Below are positions 50,946 through 64,000 of a DNA stretch of 64,000 bases, piece by piece. Origin of the DNA: Eledone cirrhosa. Its lineage: Eukaryota. The notes under the pieces are model-generated. The model worked only from the letters and a program-made list of their open reading frames with translations, was not told the origin of the DNA and ran no database searches. Position 1 is the stretch's first letter, and each line of letters begins with the position of its first letter. The stretch spans positions 207,948,001 through 208,012,000 of the forward strand of contig OZ024740.1 in NCBI GenBank assembly GCA_964016885.1, in the 5' to 3' direction. The position numbers and the translations under genes were made by a program.

Positions 50946-51131
50946 TAATCCAGTTAACCATAGTGTTTTCTATGTTTGTAAAACGTAAACAGAAATAACA
51001 AAACAAACAACACGGTTCAATATGCGCTGAATATATGTGGTGCTGTTTGGTCAGATATATGTATGGATATGTGTATGTATGTACTATATGTATATATATG
51101 TAAGTCTGTCTGTCTATATGTATGTATGGAT

Positions 51132-51196
<65 letters not shown>

Positions 51197-51507
51197 ATTC
51201 AAGTATGTATGGACGGAAGGATGGATGTACTATATGTATGTATGAGTGCATGCATGTAAGTATGTATGTATGTTCTATATTTATGTATGTATGTACTATA
51301 TGTTTGTGTGTAGGTACTATATGTTTGTGTGTATGTATGTTCCACATTTACAGTTTTCAATGGAAAAATACTTGATAAGAACAATATGTTAAACAATGTT
51401 TTATATCTATAAATTGATATTTGCAAAAGTAAATTGTTTTTATGTGTGACACTGTACCTACATAGAAGATTTATTTATTGTTTTTGAAGAATCAATAGTC
51501 ATATATT

Positions 51508-52180
51508 ATGGCTTCTTCATGAAGAAGGTGAATGAATCATACACCTGTCTTTTGTAACATTTGAGGCGAGTATATCCCAAATACAAGAAATCTATTTCTG
51601 AATTTTTTAACGCGACATATTTTACTCATTTTGAATAGATTTTGAATACAGTTTAGAAACGAAAATAAGTAATGGGTTACACATATATTGTATGCGAAAC
51701 TTGCTCGAAGCATCTACGGCAATGCACCTATTGAAATTGAGGAAGTAAATTATATGGAATAGGAATGTTTGAATGGAAACAAAAATACCATTATAATGGT
51801 GGTTATTATTGTGACAACAAGAACATCAGATGAAAATACGAAAGAGACCATATTATGGCCTAGAATCGGCAAGGAGACATTTCTCGCACCTAAATGAGAT
51901 AAATGTTCCATATCCCAGTTACTTATCTAAGTTTTTATATGACAATTATTTACCAAACTCGTTTGATGTAGATGCAACAGAATTGAAGCGGGTGGTTTTT
52001 GAAAGACCTTTATACATTTGCCGAATGTTTTAAACCATGTGAACGGAATGGCCTCGTCAAGGTACTGAACTCTAAAATGTGTCCCATCAATTACTGGTTT
52101 AATGAAAAGAATGTACTTCATTTTGAGATAGTTTCTTCCCCCTTTTTCGCTAATGAAAATAACCTATTGTTCTACGAAGG
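51508..52180 (+). pseudogene. Decayed Chapaev3-like (CMC) transposase N-terminus
   Basis: Hand translation across stops and frameshifts: MASS..PVFCNI*GEY, IVCETCSKHLRQ, YGLESARRHFSHLNEINVP. This matches my recollection of the Chapa zinc-finger region. Confidence 0.6.
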
Positions 52181-52216
52181 TCGGCTGAAGTGTTCATAGG
52201 CTGACTATGAAAGCCT

Positions 52217-52672
52217 GATGCTAGAGCTGTGAAATCTTGCATGCATTAATTCCATCTCATATTAATAACTACATTGTTTCTTTCCATGGACTATGTTGAA
52301 AATTAAACCTCATTTGGTAATTCCGTGAGAGTATCTTGGTCAGCCTATAAACTGTTCATGGGCATGAGAGTATCTTGGTCAACATATGAAGCAATGATGT
52401 TAGAGGTGTTAAATCGTGCATGCATTAATTTCCACTCTTATTAATAACTGCATTGTTTCTTTCTAGAGACTATGTTGAAAAATAAACCTCATTTGGTCAT
52501 TCCGTGAGAGTATCTTGGTCCACTTATAAAGGAGTGATGCTAGGGCTGTGAAATCTTGCATGCATTAATTTCAACTCTTCTTATTAATAACTGCATTGTT
52601 TCTTTCCAGGGACTATGTTGAAAAATAAACCACATTTGGTCATTCCATGAGAGTATCTTGGTCAGCCTATAA
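52217..52672. repeat. Three diverged copies of an ~135-bp unit
   Basis: GATGCTAG..GAAATCTTGCATGCATTAATT...GAGAGTATCTTGGTC starting near 52217, 52396 and 52536. Confidence 0.85.
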
Positions 52673-53218
52673 ATTTTGTATTGGTTGTGGGACGACAACT
52701 AGTTCCAGGATGTTCTGCCTGGTTGGCATTTAGACTTCGGATATATATAGCAAAACGGTTATTTACAAACAGAGAAAAATTTCATCGTGGATAGAGAAGA
52801 GATGTGAGAAGAAAACAGGATAGTGAAAAATAAGTATCCAGCAAGTACTGTCCAGAAAAGCAGCTACACAGATAACAAGGTGTGGATTGTGTCACAGTGT
52901 GGGCCAAGGGCCTCGAACATTCTCTGTTAGCATCAAAGCTGATCGGCAAAGTTTGAAAGAGTCACGCTGTGGGGTCTCAGCTGAAGAAGGTAATATCCCG
53001 CAGTTAAAGCTGTATTCAAAATTCTAATGAAATATTAATGTATACATACATTTATAACTGTATATTTATATGTAGACATACTTGCTTTCATGAAACCATA
53101 CAGCTATATATATACAGGAGTATATACACATGTACGTGCATTTGTAATTCATATTCATGTCTTCATATCGCCATAAAATCAATCTGATAGAACACACATA
53201 CGTAATATAGCGTATATA

Positions 53219-53301
<83 letters not shown>

Positions 53302-53353
53302 CACACATATATATATATGAATATACACATATACATATATATGTATATATGTG

Positions 53354-53459
<106 letters not shown>

Positions 53460-54371
53460 CAGTAAGTGCGTGTCGTGTCTGCATAAAGATGGAGATACAG
53501 ATACCATATTGATATCATCTCTAACCTCACCAACTTCTACCTTAATTTTCTCTTTTCAATCTATGCCTCTCTCTCTCTCTCTCACTCACTCTCTCTCTCA
53601 CTCACTCTCTCTCTCACTCACTCTCTCTATCACTCACTCTCTCTCTCTTTATATATATATACATATGTGTGTGCATATATATATATACATAGATGCATAC
53701 AATATGCATACACACACACATATATATATGTATGTATGTATGTGTGTGTATGTGCATCTCTATGTCTCTCTCTACCTCAACTAAGTATGCATACGATATA
53801 TGCATAATCTACAAGTGTATTGAAGATCTGACAGCGCTGTGTGTTGATAAATCACCACTGTTCATCGGAATATTTCTTTTGTTATCTTTCAAGGAATGAG
53901 ATGAAATATGATAACGTATCAATGTTGATCAGGAGTCAATGGAGGTTACCATGAAGAAGAGTTGGGTGTCATTCATGGTTACATGTTGTCGCATATTCAA
54001 TTCAATATCAAAATTGATAATTTCAGCTGTGCCATAAATATTGAATTTGTTTATGATTTGTTTTGTTTTTCTCTTCTTCATTACGATATCACGAATATTT
54101 AGTTAAGATTGATGACGATGAGATTTTATGTTGTTCATGCCTTTCCAAAGAAACTTAGATTGACCTCAACAGAAGTTAAATAGCTTTAACCAAGAATGGA
54201 AATAGTTTTATGTTGATCCCGCTAGCCAGAAGTTAACCTCACACTTGCAGGGTTCATAAATTGTTTAAAATATTCATGTGTTAATTATCTCTATAAAAAA
54301 AAACAACATGCTTAGATTTAGAATATGCTGCGAAATTTATGCATTATTTGCTGAGATTTAACACGAGCGGT

Positions 54372-55310
54372 TGGTTGGCAGAGGTCAAAGTTGCCTGTTA
54401 TCTTTTAGGGGTCAATAAAATAAAACACCAGTCAATTATTGGTGTCAATAAAATTCACTTTCCCTTTCCCCTTCCCCTAATTTACTGACCTTGTACCTAA
54501 ATCAGAAACAATTATTTGCAGACATTGGCAGTATCAGTAGAGGGTCGGACGCCATGCTTTCCAGCATAGTTACGTCCCTTTACGATCTGAGTTCAAATCC
54601 CGCCGAGGTTGACTTTGCCTTTCATCCTTACAGGGTCGATAAAATCAAGTACCAGTAATGCACTGGGTAATTGCTGACCTTGTGCCTAAAGTAGAGACAA
54701 TTATCATTGTAACAGGAAAAGAGGAAATCCTGGATTCCAGGACTTGATTAGCAAAAGCCCACTTAAGTTCACATCGATCTATTAAAAATAGTTTCAAATC
54801 ATACCATTTCTCTTCTTTGACACGAAAGTTTTTCTTATCAGTTAGCAATAGTGCTAACATTGCGTTATTCAAGATTGCCAGTATCGGTAGAGCGTCGAAC
54901 AATATGCTTTTCCGTATAGAGTCACGGCTCTTTACGGCCTAAGTTCAAATCCCGCCGAGGTTAGCTTCCTTACGGGGTTGATAAAATAAAGTACCAGTAA
55001 TATACTGTGGTCGATTTAATCGACTTTCCCATTCCCTAAAATTACTGACCTTGTGCCTAAATCAGAAGCCATTATTATTGTGTATGTTGTTGTTGTTGTT
55101 GTTTTTATTAGATTGGCAGAATGGTTAGTGAGTTGGACAAGCAAATGCTTTGCTATATTTACACACCTCTCTATGTTCAAATCCTACCGAGGTCACCTTT
55201 GACGTTCATCTCTCCGGATCGATAAAATAGAATACCAGTCATGTACTGGTGTCGGTGGTACCAACTTTCCCGCTTACCTGCTGCCATTGTATTCAAATTA
55301 GAAACCTTTA
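54372..55310 (+). mobile_element. Four same-strand SINE family 1 copies (~54372, 54525, 54875, 55113)
   Basis: Repeated TTGGCAG head and DATAAAATDAASTACCAGT-like core; B box GTTCAAATCC in three copies. Confidence 0.8.
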
Positions 55311-55323
55311 TCATTGTTGTTGT

Positions 55324-55355
<32 letters not shown>

Positions 55356-55993
55356 TTATTGATTTGTGAAATTTAAGCAAAAATATTGCGTGTATATTAA
55401 TTTTTCTTCGTCTCGTACACTCCCATCCTCCAAAGGTTATATTGTATCGCTATCTCAGCCTCTGCAGTTTATACCCTCTCTTCCTTCCAATCTCTCAGGA
55501 TTTTATTCTCGTTATATCATTCTTTCAATATCTCTCTATTCCACTTTATCTTATACGCTATCTGATATTCACAAGAAGGAGTTATTAATAAGAATCTATT
55601 AGTATTCATGTTGGACATATTTGTTAACTGCCACTGTGAATATTATAGCCAGAAACACGTCATCAAGTGAAATATTATCTGACCACCTTAATGGCTATCG
55701 TAATCATTATCTCAGCAGCATTTGCTCTAGTACGAGACAAGCGTAGTAAGCTGTGGTGTTTACAGAGCTGTATTGATTGATCTAGAAACTTCTGTGTAAA
55801 CTGTGGTATCAACAGAGCTGTGTTGGTTGACCCAGAACCTTCTTTGTAAACCGTACAACTGGTGTTGCCTATTTAGAAACCTCTGCGTAAACCTTAGTGT
55901 TTGCAGCGATGTGGTTGTTTTGGGTAAACCGCAGTGTCTACAGGGCCACTTTACTTGACCTATGACTTTCTGTGCAAATGGTAGTATCAAAAG

Positions 55994-56321
55994 CAGAGGA
56001 TCTCAAAGTGGGCGCTACCACCCCCCAGGGGCGTTGAGAAGGTCCCTTTGGGTGCTGGTACCATCGGGGTGGTAGAGATAATGTAATAGTATATTAAATA
56101 TCAAATGATATATATTATATATAAATATAGTAAAATAAAATATATATATTTATTTATTCATAGTATATATTATATTATTTATATATGAATTAACGATTTT
56201 ATTTATTATATATTATTTACAACTTGCGTGTAGGCAGGTCTCTCTGGAAATAAGGTTGAGGGCGCTGAGAATATTACGGGGCCATGAGGGGGTGGGGGTC
56301 CAAAAGGTTTGAGAACTTTTG
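55994..56321. mobile_element. hAT-type MITE, insertion-free sister of 29797-30452
   Basis: Ends CAGAGGATCTC / GAGAACTTTTG; TSD ATCAAAAG / ATCTAAAG; interrupts a degenerate tandem repeat (55750-56525). Confidence 0.8.
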
Positions 56322-56769
56322 ATCTAAAGAGATATCATTGGTGATCTAAAACCCTCCGTATAAGCTATGATGTAGGCACAGCTACAATAAATAAAACCTT
56401 CTACAAAATCCAGTGTGTATGGGGCTATTTTTGTTGATCTATAACCTTTTGTGAAAGCTGTGTTGGTTGATCTACAACCTTCTGTGAAAGCTGTGCTGAT
56501 TAATCTAATACTTTCTGTGCTGTGGATATTCAAAATAAACTATTCTACGGTGAATAATTTCTTACTATTGTCAGTATATTACTGGTACTTTTTATCAACT
56601 CATCCAAGATGAAAGAAAAAAGTAACATCAGAAGAGGACATAATTGCACACTCAAGAAGTTTGCTTCGCAAGAAAATGGTTTCAATTTCATTCTCACTGT
56701 GTCAAGTTTCTTCAATCGTAGAAGGAAATAATTCAAGTAGTTCACCGGCATATTTTTAGAGGATGCATG

Positions 56770-57950
56770 CAGGGTTCCGTAACTTTTGTTGGAGTTGTAG
56801 GAATGCCATATTGACATACTTTTTTTTATTTCAGATTGAACGAATTATGAATGTTAATAAAGAATTAAACTGTAGAAGTGTAATTGCCGAATTATTCTGC
56901 GCCGGCAAAAGTGTTGGGGAGATTGTTAGAGCCACAATGTATGCCAAATCTACTGTTTTTAGAGTTGTAGCCAATTTGAAGAAAAGTCAGGATGTTCTGA
57001 GAAAGCCTCCAGTCCTCGCAGTGACCAAAACTGCAGACCTAGCTTCATAGCAGGATTTAAAATATCGATTGAGTCGAACCTATTAAAATCGATGGTTAAA
57101 TTGGCTTAAGATCGAAGAATTAGTAAAATGACCGTTTCTAGGACTGTGAGACAAGACCTCCATATGAAATAGTATGTCAGGAGACGCCGTAACCTCCTAA
57201 CTACCCGCTTCAATGTCATTCCAGCTGAAAGAAGTTCATAACTTCTTAGTCATCTGAAACATCCTGGCGGAGACGTTCGTATTTTCGTGGATGAAAAGAA
57301 GTTCGTGGTAGACAAAGTTGCAAATAGTCAAAACTCACGAGTGGTAGCGTATGACCCTTCCTAAGTTCATTCAGCTATTCATAGCAAGGATCCGGCTTCG
57401 ATTATGGTCCTTCGAGCTGTTGCAAGTGATGGGAAATTGATGCCTCCTCATTTTATTGAAGCGGGTCTTAAAACCAACACAGCAAGGTATCTCAAAATTT
57501 GAAAAGAAATATTGATGCCTTCGATTAGGAAGCATTAGGATGCAAGTCGTGCCATGTTTATACAGAACTCCGCGCGCCGCCCATTCTTCGAAAAGAGTGC
57601 AAGAATTTATGAAGAAAGAATTGCGCATGTTTGTCTCTAAAGATATCTGGGCCTCTAGCTCGCCAGATTTGAATCCGTGTGATTTTGGGGCTATGGGGCA
57701 CAATCGAAGAAATATCCAACGCAAGTTCTCACGGTAAAATGAAAAAGGAAGAAATAGTTAAGGCATGCGCATCATTTCGTAAACGGATTGAACTGGTAAA
57801 TAAAGCAAATGGCGGTCACATTGAACTGAAATAAGTACTACACATAAAAAACATGAAATAAACATGAAATTTGCAGTATTTGATTTTTCATAGTTATACC
57901 AATTATAATAAAGATATTTAAATGGTCCGAATTTACCTGTTACACACTTT
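56770..57950 (+). mobile_element. Decayed Tc1/mariner-superfamily transposon (DDD-type, maT/mariner-like)
   Basis: HTH-like N-terminus, FVDEKKF, AHSSK, WASSSPDLNPCDF; many stops; TIRs poorly preserved. Confidence 0.75.
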
Positions 57951-57972
57951 ACCCCCCCCCCCCCCATATATA

Positions 57973-58123
57973 TAGGAACGAGTAGGAGTCCAGAATTAGC
58001 CGTCAAAACGGCTTGAGCTCAGCCGTCGGGGTCCTACTCGTTCCTATTACCCACTCTACTACCCTAAGTATTGAGTACTTTGGTGCGTTATGGTACATCG
58101 GGTTCCTTACTACATTTCCTTCG

Positions 58124-58125
<2 letters not shown>
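57973..58125. mobile_element. Short (TA)n-flanked repeat with a terminal hairpin; second copy at 61219-61368
   Basis: TAGGAACGAGTAGGA..TCCTACTCGTTCCTA arms; shared TTACCCACTCTACTACCCTAAG. Family unassigned, possibly a PLE end. Confidence 0.55.
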
Positions 58126-58180
<55 letters not shown>

Positions 58181-58394
58181 TATACATATATACATATATA
58201 CATATATATGTGTGTGTTTATGTGTGTATGTGTTGTGTGTTTAGAAGTGAGTGTGTGTGTGTGGCCTGTTGGTTCCATCAGGTAACAATTTACAAGATTT
58301 GAGTTGCACCGGAAGTCCCACTTGAGTGTTGAAGACTCGAGCGAAAAAGAGTGGAACAGAAGTTTAATAGCTTGTAGGGAGACAGAGGATGAGG

Positions 58395-58466
<72 letters not shown>

Positions 58467-58524
58467 AGATGAAAGAAAGGAAAAAGTGAAAGCAAGTGTA
58501 CATATATATATATATATTACACAT

Positions 58525-58610
<86 letters not shown>

Positions 58611-58614
<4 letters not shown>

Positions 58615-58684
58615 AGAAGAAGAAGAAGAAGAAGAAGAAGAAGAAGAAGAAGAAGAAGAAGAAGAAGAAGAAGAAGAAGAAGAA
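58611..58684. repeat. (GAA)n microsatellite
   Basis: Direct read. Confidence 0.95.
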
Positions 58685-58873
58685 ACACGAGGTGCTAGAT
58701 CTTTATTATATTTATAGAGGTGTGACGCGCGTTTCGCGATTGAACAGCTCATAATACTCGTCTGACGAGCTTTTGATACCAGAGTCAGGCCAGATCGAGA
58801 CTTGAGCTGATCAATCGCGAAACGCGCGTCACACCTCTATGAATGTAATGAAGATCTAGCACCTCGTGCTTCT
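58681..58873 (+). mobile_element. PLE end: ~70-bp inverted arms around a hammerhead motif (58760-58833)
   Basis: CTGACGA-GC..GC-GAAA-CGCGCG-TC; arms 58681-58751 and 58803-58873. Confidence 0.7.
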
Positions 58874-58966
58874 TATTATTATTATTACCCTCTGCTTAGT
58901 ACAAAACTAACACAACTTAGTACAACTGGAAACTACGCATCGATTGCTCACTCTGGACGTTACAAT

Positions 58967-58999
<33 letters not shown>

Positions 59000-59006
<7 letters not shown>

Positions 59007-59369
59007 ATACTTTGGGAGGGTCATGTTGCCAATAAGAAACACACGCACCAGTTGCTTTCACTTCAATTTATTATATATTTATAAATTTATAAATTTACAA
59101 ATTTACAAACTTATAAATTTCTGGTTGGCTGGTTGGTTCCACAACCAGATATTTGTTTATATATAGTCATAGTCCTTTCGTGTGTGACGAAAGGACTATG
59201 ACTATATATAAACAACTATCTGGTTGTGGAACCAACCAGCCAACCAGAAATTTATAAGTTTGTAAATTTGTAAATTTATAAATTTATAAATATATAATAA
59301 ATTGAAGTGAAAGCAACTGGTGCGTGTGTTTCTTATTGGCAACATGACCCTCCCAAAGTATAACAATAT
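59000..59369. repeat. Near-perfect palindrome (~180-bp arms, 5-nt spacer) made from the end of the 39456 PLE family
   Basis: Centre CCTTTCGT-GTGTG-ACGAAAGG; arms match 39456-39625. Confidence 0.9.
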
Positions 59370-59421
59370 CGGTTTCAACACACGATTTCAGATAAAGAAT
59401 CTTGCTAAACAAATTCAGAAA

Positions 59422-59464
<43 letters not shown>

Positions 59465-59587
59465 GAGGTTATATTTAATTTGTTGGGATTAAACAAGCTT
59501 AAACATTTTTATAACTGATATAAAGCACTCAACAGATTAGTGCTCCCGAATAAAACAGTTCTAGTCCTTTAGAAGCCATTTCTATTT

Positions 59588-59629
<42 letters not shown>

Positions 59630-59656
59630 CATATATATTTATATATATGTGTGTGC

Positions 59657-59708
<52 letters not shown>

Positions 59709-59881
59709 TTATTAAAATAACAGATTGTATATATGTATATATATATATATATTATTATTATGTAATAAACAACATAAGGCAATTATTCCATTTACCAGTG
59801 GTTTCTTAAAAGCAAAAGGTTTTGCTTTCAATCCTCAGAATGAAAAATCCTGGTTTGTTTATTGAATATGGATTCTAAAAA

Positions 59882-59995
<114 letters not shown>

Positions 59996-60004
59996 CACGC
60001 ACCA

Positions 60005-60059
<55 letters not shown>

Positions 60060-60087
60060 CACACACACACATATATATATATATATT

Positions 60088-60154
<67 letters not shown>

Positions 60155-60741
60155 GAAAGAATGTAAGACAGACGACAAGAGAAAAGAATACAAAAGGAAA
60201 GAAGATGAGAAAAGTTTGTATGAGAAAGAAATATGAATGAAAGAATGGAAGAAAGGGGCTGATATGTTGATATATGTTACTAAGAGGGATGAGAATTCAT
60301 ATTGTAATTTCAATAATATTTCAATGGAGTCTCCTAATGTCGTCTGCTTCTGAGAGTGGTATTCACTTTAATATAGATAACCTATATATATATATAAATT
60401 GTCGGGATTCACATCAAGTGTTCATAATAAGAATTTCTATGCTCCCTTTCTCCTTATCCTCCACCTCATCATCATCATCATCATCGCTTTCCTCCTTTTC
60501 CTCCTCTTCTTCTTATTCCTTCTTGTCTCCTTTTTTTCTCCTCTTATTCCCCTTCCATTTCCTCCTCCTCTTTTCCCCCTCCTCTTTTTCCTTCTATTCT
60601 TCTTCCTTCTCCGCTCCCCCTCTTTCTCTTCCTTCTCATCCCTATCTTCCTCTTCCCTCACTTCTTTTGTATCTGTGTATGCATGTGTGTAAGTATGTGT
60701 GCGTCTATGTATGTGTGTAAGTATGTGTGCGTGTATGTATA

Positions 60742-60807
<66 letters not shown>

Positions 60808-61130
60808 AGAAGATGGATGTATAGATAGATGGATTGTCTACGCCGCATGTACATGTTATATGTCGGTGATATCTCAACAAATATTAACTACTGCCGTACA
60901 CCCTTAACACATAGGTCTTTCTTCACCTAAAGTAGTGATGGAAGTCAAATTAAAACCATATGTAGATGGATGATACCAAATAGTGGAATTCATTCTAACA
61001 CAGATTTCTGGAAATAATTATACTGCCCAGGGTTTACAGAGTTGCTGTTGTTGTTAATATTTGGCACCAATTTAGTCCTAGCTGAGGCGACTCATCAACA
61101 CAGGCGTTCCAGTTATGACCAACCAACCTT

Positions 61131-61222
<92 letters not shown>

Positions 61223-61367
61223 AAAAGAGTCAGCGCCCCGCCGGCTGAGCTCTGGCCGTTGGGGTCCTAACTCTTTTCCTGTTACCCACTCTACTACCCT
61301 AAGTTTTGAGTATTCTGGTACATTATGGTCCACTATCTGGTATCTATCTTACCACACCTTCTTTGTT

Positions 61368-61425
<58 letters not shown>

Positions 61426-61558
61426 ATAATAATAAATTTGAAGACTAAAATCCCAAAGACTATATAAATGAATAAATCAATTGCGCAATTGAAGGAATAT
61501 ATTTAAACAAGAAAGTGTAAGTCAACGGGTTAAAATTAACTTCGTTTATTTATATTCG

Positions 61559-61615
61559 CTGTTATATATATTTCCGTGAAAACCATTATTCAACAGCTAT
61601 GACCTCATCAGACAG
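61559..61615 (-). ncRNA. Minimal hammerhead motif
   Basis: Minus strand CTGT-CTGATGA-...-GAAA-TATATA-TA-ACAG; stem II weak. Confidence 0.55.
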
Positions 61616-61731
61616 TTAGAACTTGAATAGAAAAAAACAGAAAAACATAATGATGGGACAAAATTTACCCCTGTTATTTCGATCTTTTGATATGCCCAGT
61701 CCAAAAGTATGGTTTTCTCAAAGAACTGGTG

Positions 61732-61818
<87 letters not shown>

Positions 61819-61859
61819 GAAGATTATTTTGTCTAAAGTATGTTAATTTTTAAAACTGT

Positions 61860-62590
61860 TTTTATTCGATCCTCGTATAGGTTGAACTGCATTTGAGGTC
61901 GTTGGTAACCAGTATACTGAGGGACAATGGGGCTATAGCGAGAGTTGATTCGAGTTCCCATTCCACATCAGATGCCGATGTTTTTCAATGAACCTCGTGG
62001 ATGAGGGTGCGATTAGAGACGATGAATGAAAGGTAAGCCTACAATGCCAGTTCAGATGCTGAACGAATTCCGAAGCCACTCAACCTCATAGAGAGTTTCA
62101 CCTATTGTCAACCTCTGTCCTCAAAACTGACTTTGCAGATGAGTTCGGTGCAACAACAGATGTTGGTGGATAGTTCGCTGAGATGTTCCGCTTTGGGAGG
62201 ATATAGTTCACTGCAGTGAAAAGAGAAGTTTGGGGGAATGCAAAAGAGTTTTTATGGGGTTGAGCGCGAGATGCGAATCAATGAGGCGAAATCTGTCCGT
62301 TATCTTCGTCAGATTAACTCGTTTGACCTCCAAACACACTAGAATGATTTTCTAAAGAGAGAGAGAGAGCCACAAAATATAGGAACTGTCCCTCTGAGCC
62401 AGCGGTATCCTTGTCAGAACGGATCGAATGCTGTGTCATCATACAGAGTTACACCGTAATTCATATCTATCACCTTTTCAGTTTTAGGCGCGTTAAAGCT
62501 GGGATGATGTTTTGAAGGGCATCAACGATTATTTTGACAGAACCACCCATTGTCACATCGTCCAGATACCAGCCATTAAGCGACAAACTG
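61860..62590 (-). pseudogene. Decayed CRE-like non-LTR RT fragment
   Basis: Hand translation SLNGWYLDDVTMGG and LSMRLSGFGIRSASELAL*AYLS, resembling the CRE-clade WYLDD and GGLGIR motifs. Confidence 0.6.
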
Positions 62591-62614
62591 ATTGACTTGG
62601 TAATGTTTTAATAT

Positions 62615-62822
62615 TGGTTTCTTATATAGGCACAAGGCCAGCAATTTTTCGGGAGGGAAAGTCGATTAAATCGACCCCAGTGCGCGACTGGTACTTTATT
62701 TTATTGACCCCGTAAGGATGAAAGGCAAAGTTAACCTCGGCGGGATTTGAACTCAGATCATAAAGGGCCGTACCTCTATGCTGCTAAAAACATGGCGTCC
62801 GACCCTCTACCGATACTGCCAA
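62615..62822 (-). mobile_element. SINE family 1 copy
   Basis: Full head to tail on the minus strand. Confidence 0.85.
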
Positions 62823-62967
62823 TATAATATTACCGACAGCGGTGAGCATAATGGGTACCAGAGGGAGTATCGAAGGGCAAATCTCTAATATATTTTTACC
62901 TTCGTTAGATTGATTATAATATTAAAACTATTCAAAATTATAGCAGATAACATCAATCTTTTACATA

Positions 62968-63060
62968 CAGTAAGTCCCCAACTCGTAAGTTGATCGTCTA
63001 ACACAGTAGGTACCAATAAGCCCATATATGTTACATTGATACTGCAGGTTTCCATATGAA

Positions 63061-63128
<68 letters not shown>

Positions 63129-63690
63129 TATGTAGAGGTATATATAACATGTAATATAGAGGTATATACACAGTATAGAGAGGTATATATAACATGTAAT
63201 AATTGTTTCTACTTTAGGCACAAGGCCAGCAATTTACCAGTGCATTACTGGTACTTTATTTTATCGACCCCGTAAGGATGAAAGGCAAAGTCAACCTCGG
63301 CGGGATTTGAACTCAGATCGTAAAGGGACGTAACTATGTTGGAAAGCATGGCGTAATAATGAATTTAAATACGATAAAGCTAATGACAATAAATTGTTAA
63401 AGGAAAAAATGTATTTTTTTCAATTCTGCGAAAACAGAATGGTATCCCATACGATTTCAGCTTGTTTTTATGCTGCAAAACAAGGAACCCTTCTTTATAC
63501 TGCAACAGAAGGAATCCTTCTTTATACTGCAACAGAAGGATCCCTTCTTTATACTGCAAAAGAAGGAACTCAGGGCCCGAAAAAGCCCACAAAAACGCTT
63601 ATTTCAAATACAGACAATTTTTGTCTTTGTGAGGCTTCTTATCTGCGTCGTAAGTTCGTAAATAGGGTGTTCGTAAGGTGGGATTTACTG
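62968..63690. mobile_element. Possible Tigger/pogo-like MITE containing (TA)n, a SINE 1 copy (63201-63353, minus) and a 27-bp tandem repeat (63481-63570)
   Basis: TA|CAGTAAGTCCC ... GGGATTTACTG|TA imperfect TIRs. Confidence 0.45.
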
Positions 63691-64000
63691 TATACAAATA
63701 CATATATGTGTGTGTGTTCATGTGTGTCTGTGTGTGTTTGTTTGTGTACTTGTGAGTGTGTGCGCGCCTACATTTGTGTTTTATACATGTTTGCATGTGT
63801 GTATACGCGAGCGCATGCGCAGCATTTGATTGACTGTGTCCCTTAGGGTGGAGGGGGAAGTTATGTTGAGGAAATAATTGTTTTTATACGTTGTGAAAAT
63901 ATTTGAAATTGCCATCTTTTTTTGAAAGCCAAATCTAGAGAGTGTGTGTGAGAAAGAGTGTGCGGGAGAGAGAGTGTGTGTGTGAGAGAGAGTGTGTGTG

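Noticed and set aside
52217-52672. CRISPR-like repeat array
   Set aside because: Eukaryotic context; long diverged units without unique spacers.

Overview
AT-rich eukaryotic, repeat-dominated DNA with no recognisable host gene. The SINE and microsatellite content suggests an octopod cephalopod (inference). Most short ORFs in the track are microsatellite artefacts. The main pattern is that different retroelements sit in different microsatellites. (1) A 5'-truncated but uninterrupted R4/Dong-type RT+RLE retrotransposon (2769-5709) lies in a (TACA)n array, together with tiny remnants of its 3' end and non-autonomous RTE-derived elements. (2) A ~19 kb head-to-tail array of six Tx1-like copies (ORF1 zinc knuckle; ORF2 APE+RT; 8843-27892) has its 3' ends joined directly to (TATC)n. 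(3) Many Penelope-like (PLE) remnants sit in (TA)n and carry about 13 hammerhead-ribozyme motifs, GIY-YIG fragments and inverted ends (36.6-49.2 kb, 58-61.7 kb). The window also holds two tRNA-derived SINE families, hAT and Tc1/mariner MITEs, and decayed CR1/L2-like, CRE-like, Chapaev3-like and mariner/maT-like fragments. All calls were made by eye without database searches, and repeat boundaries are approximate.
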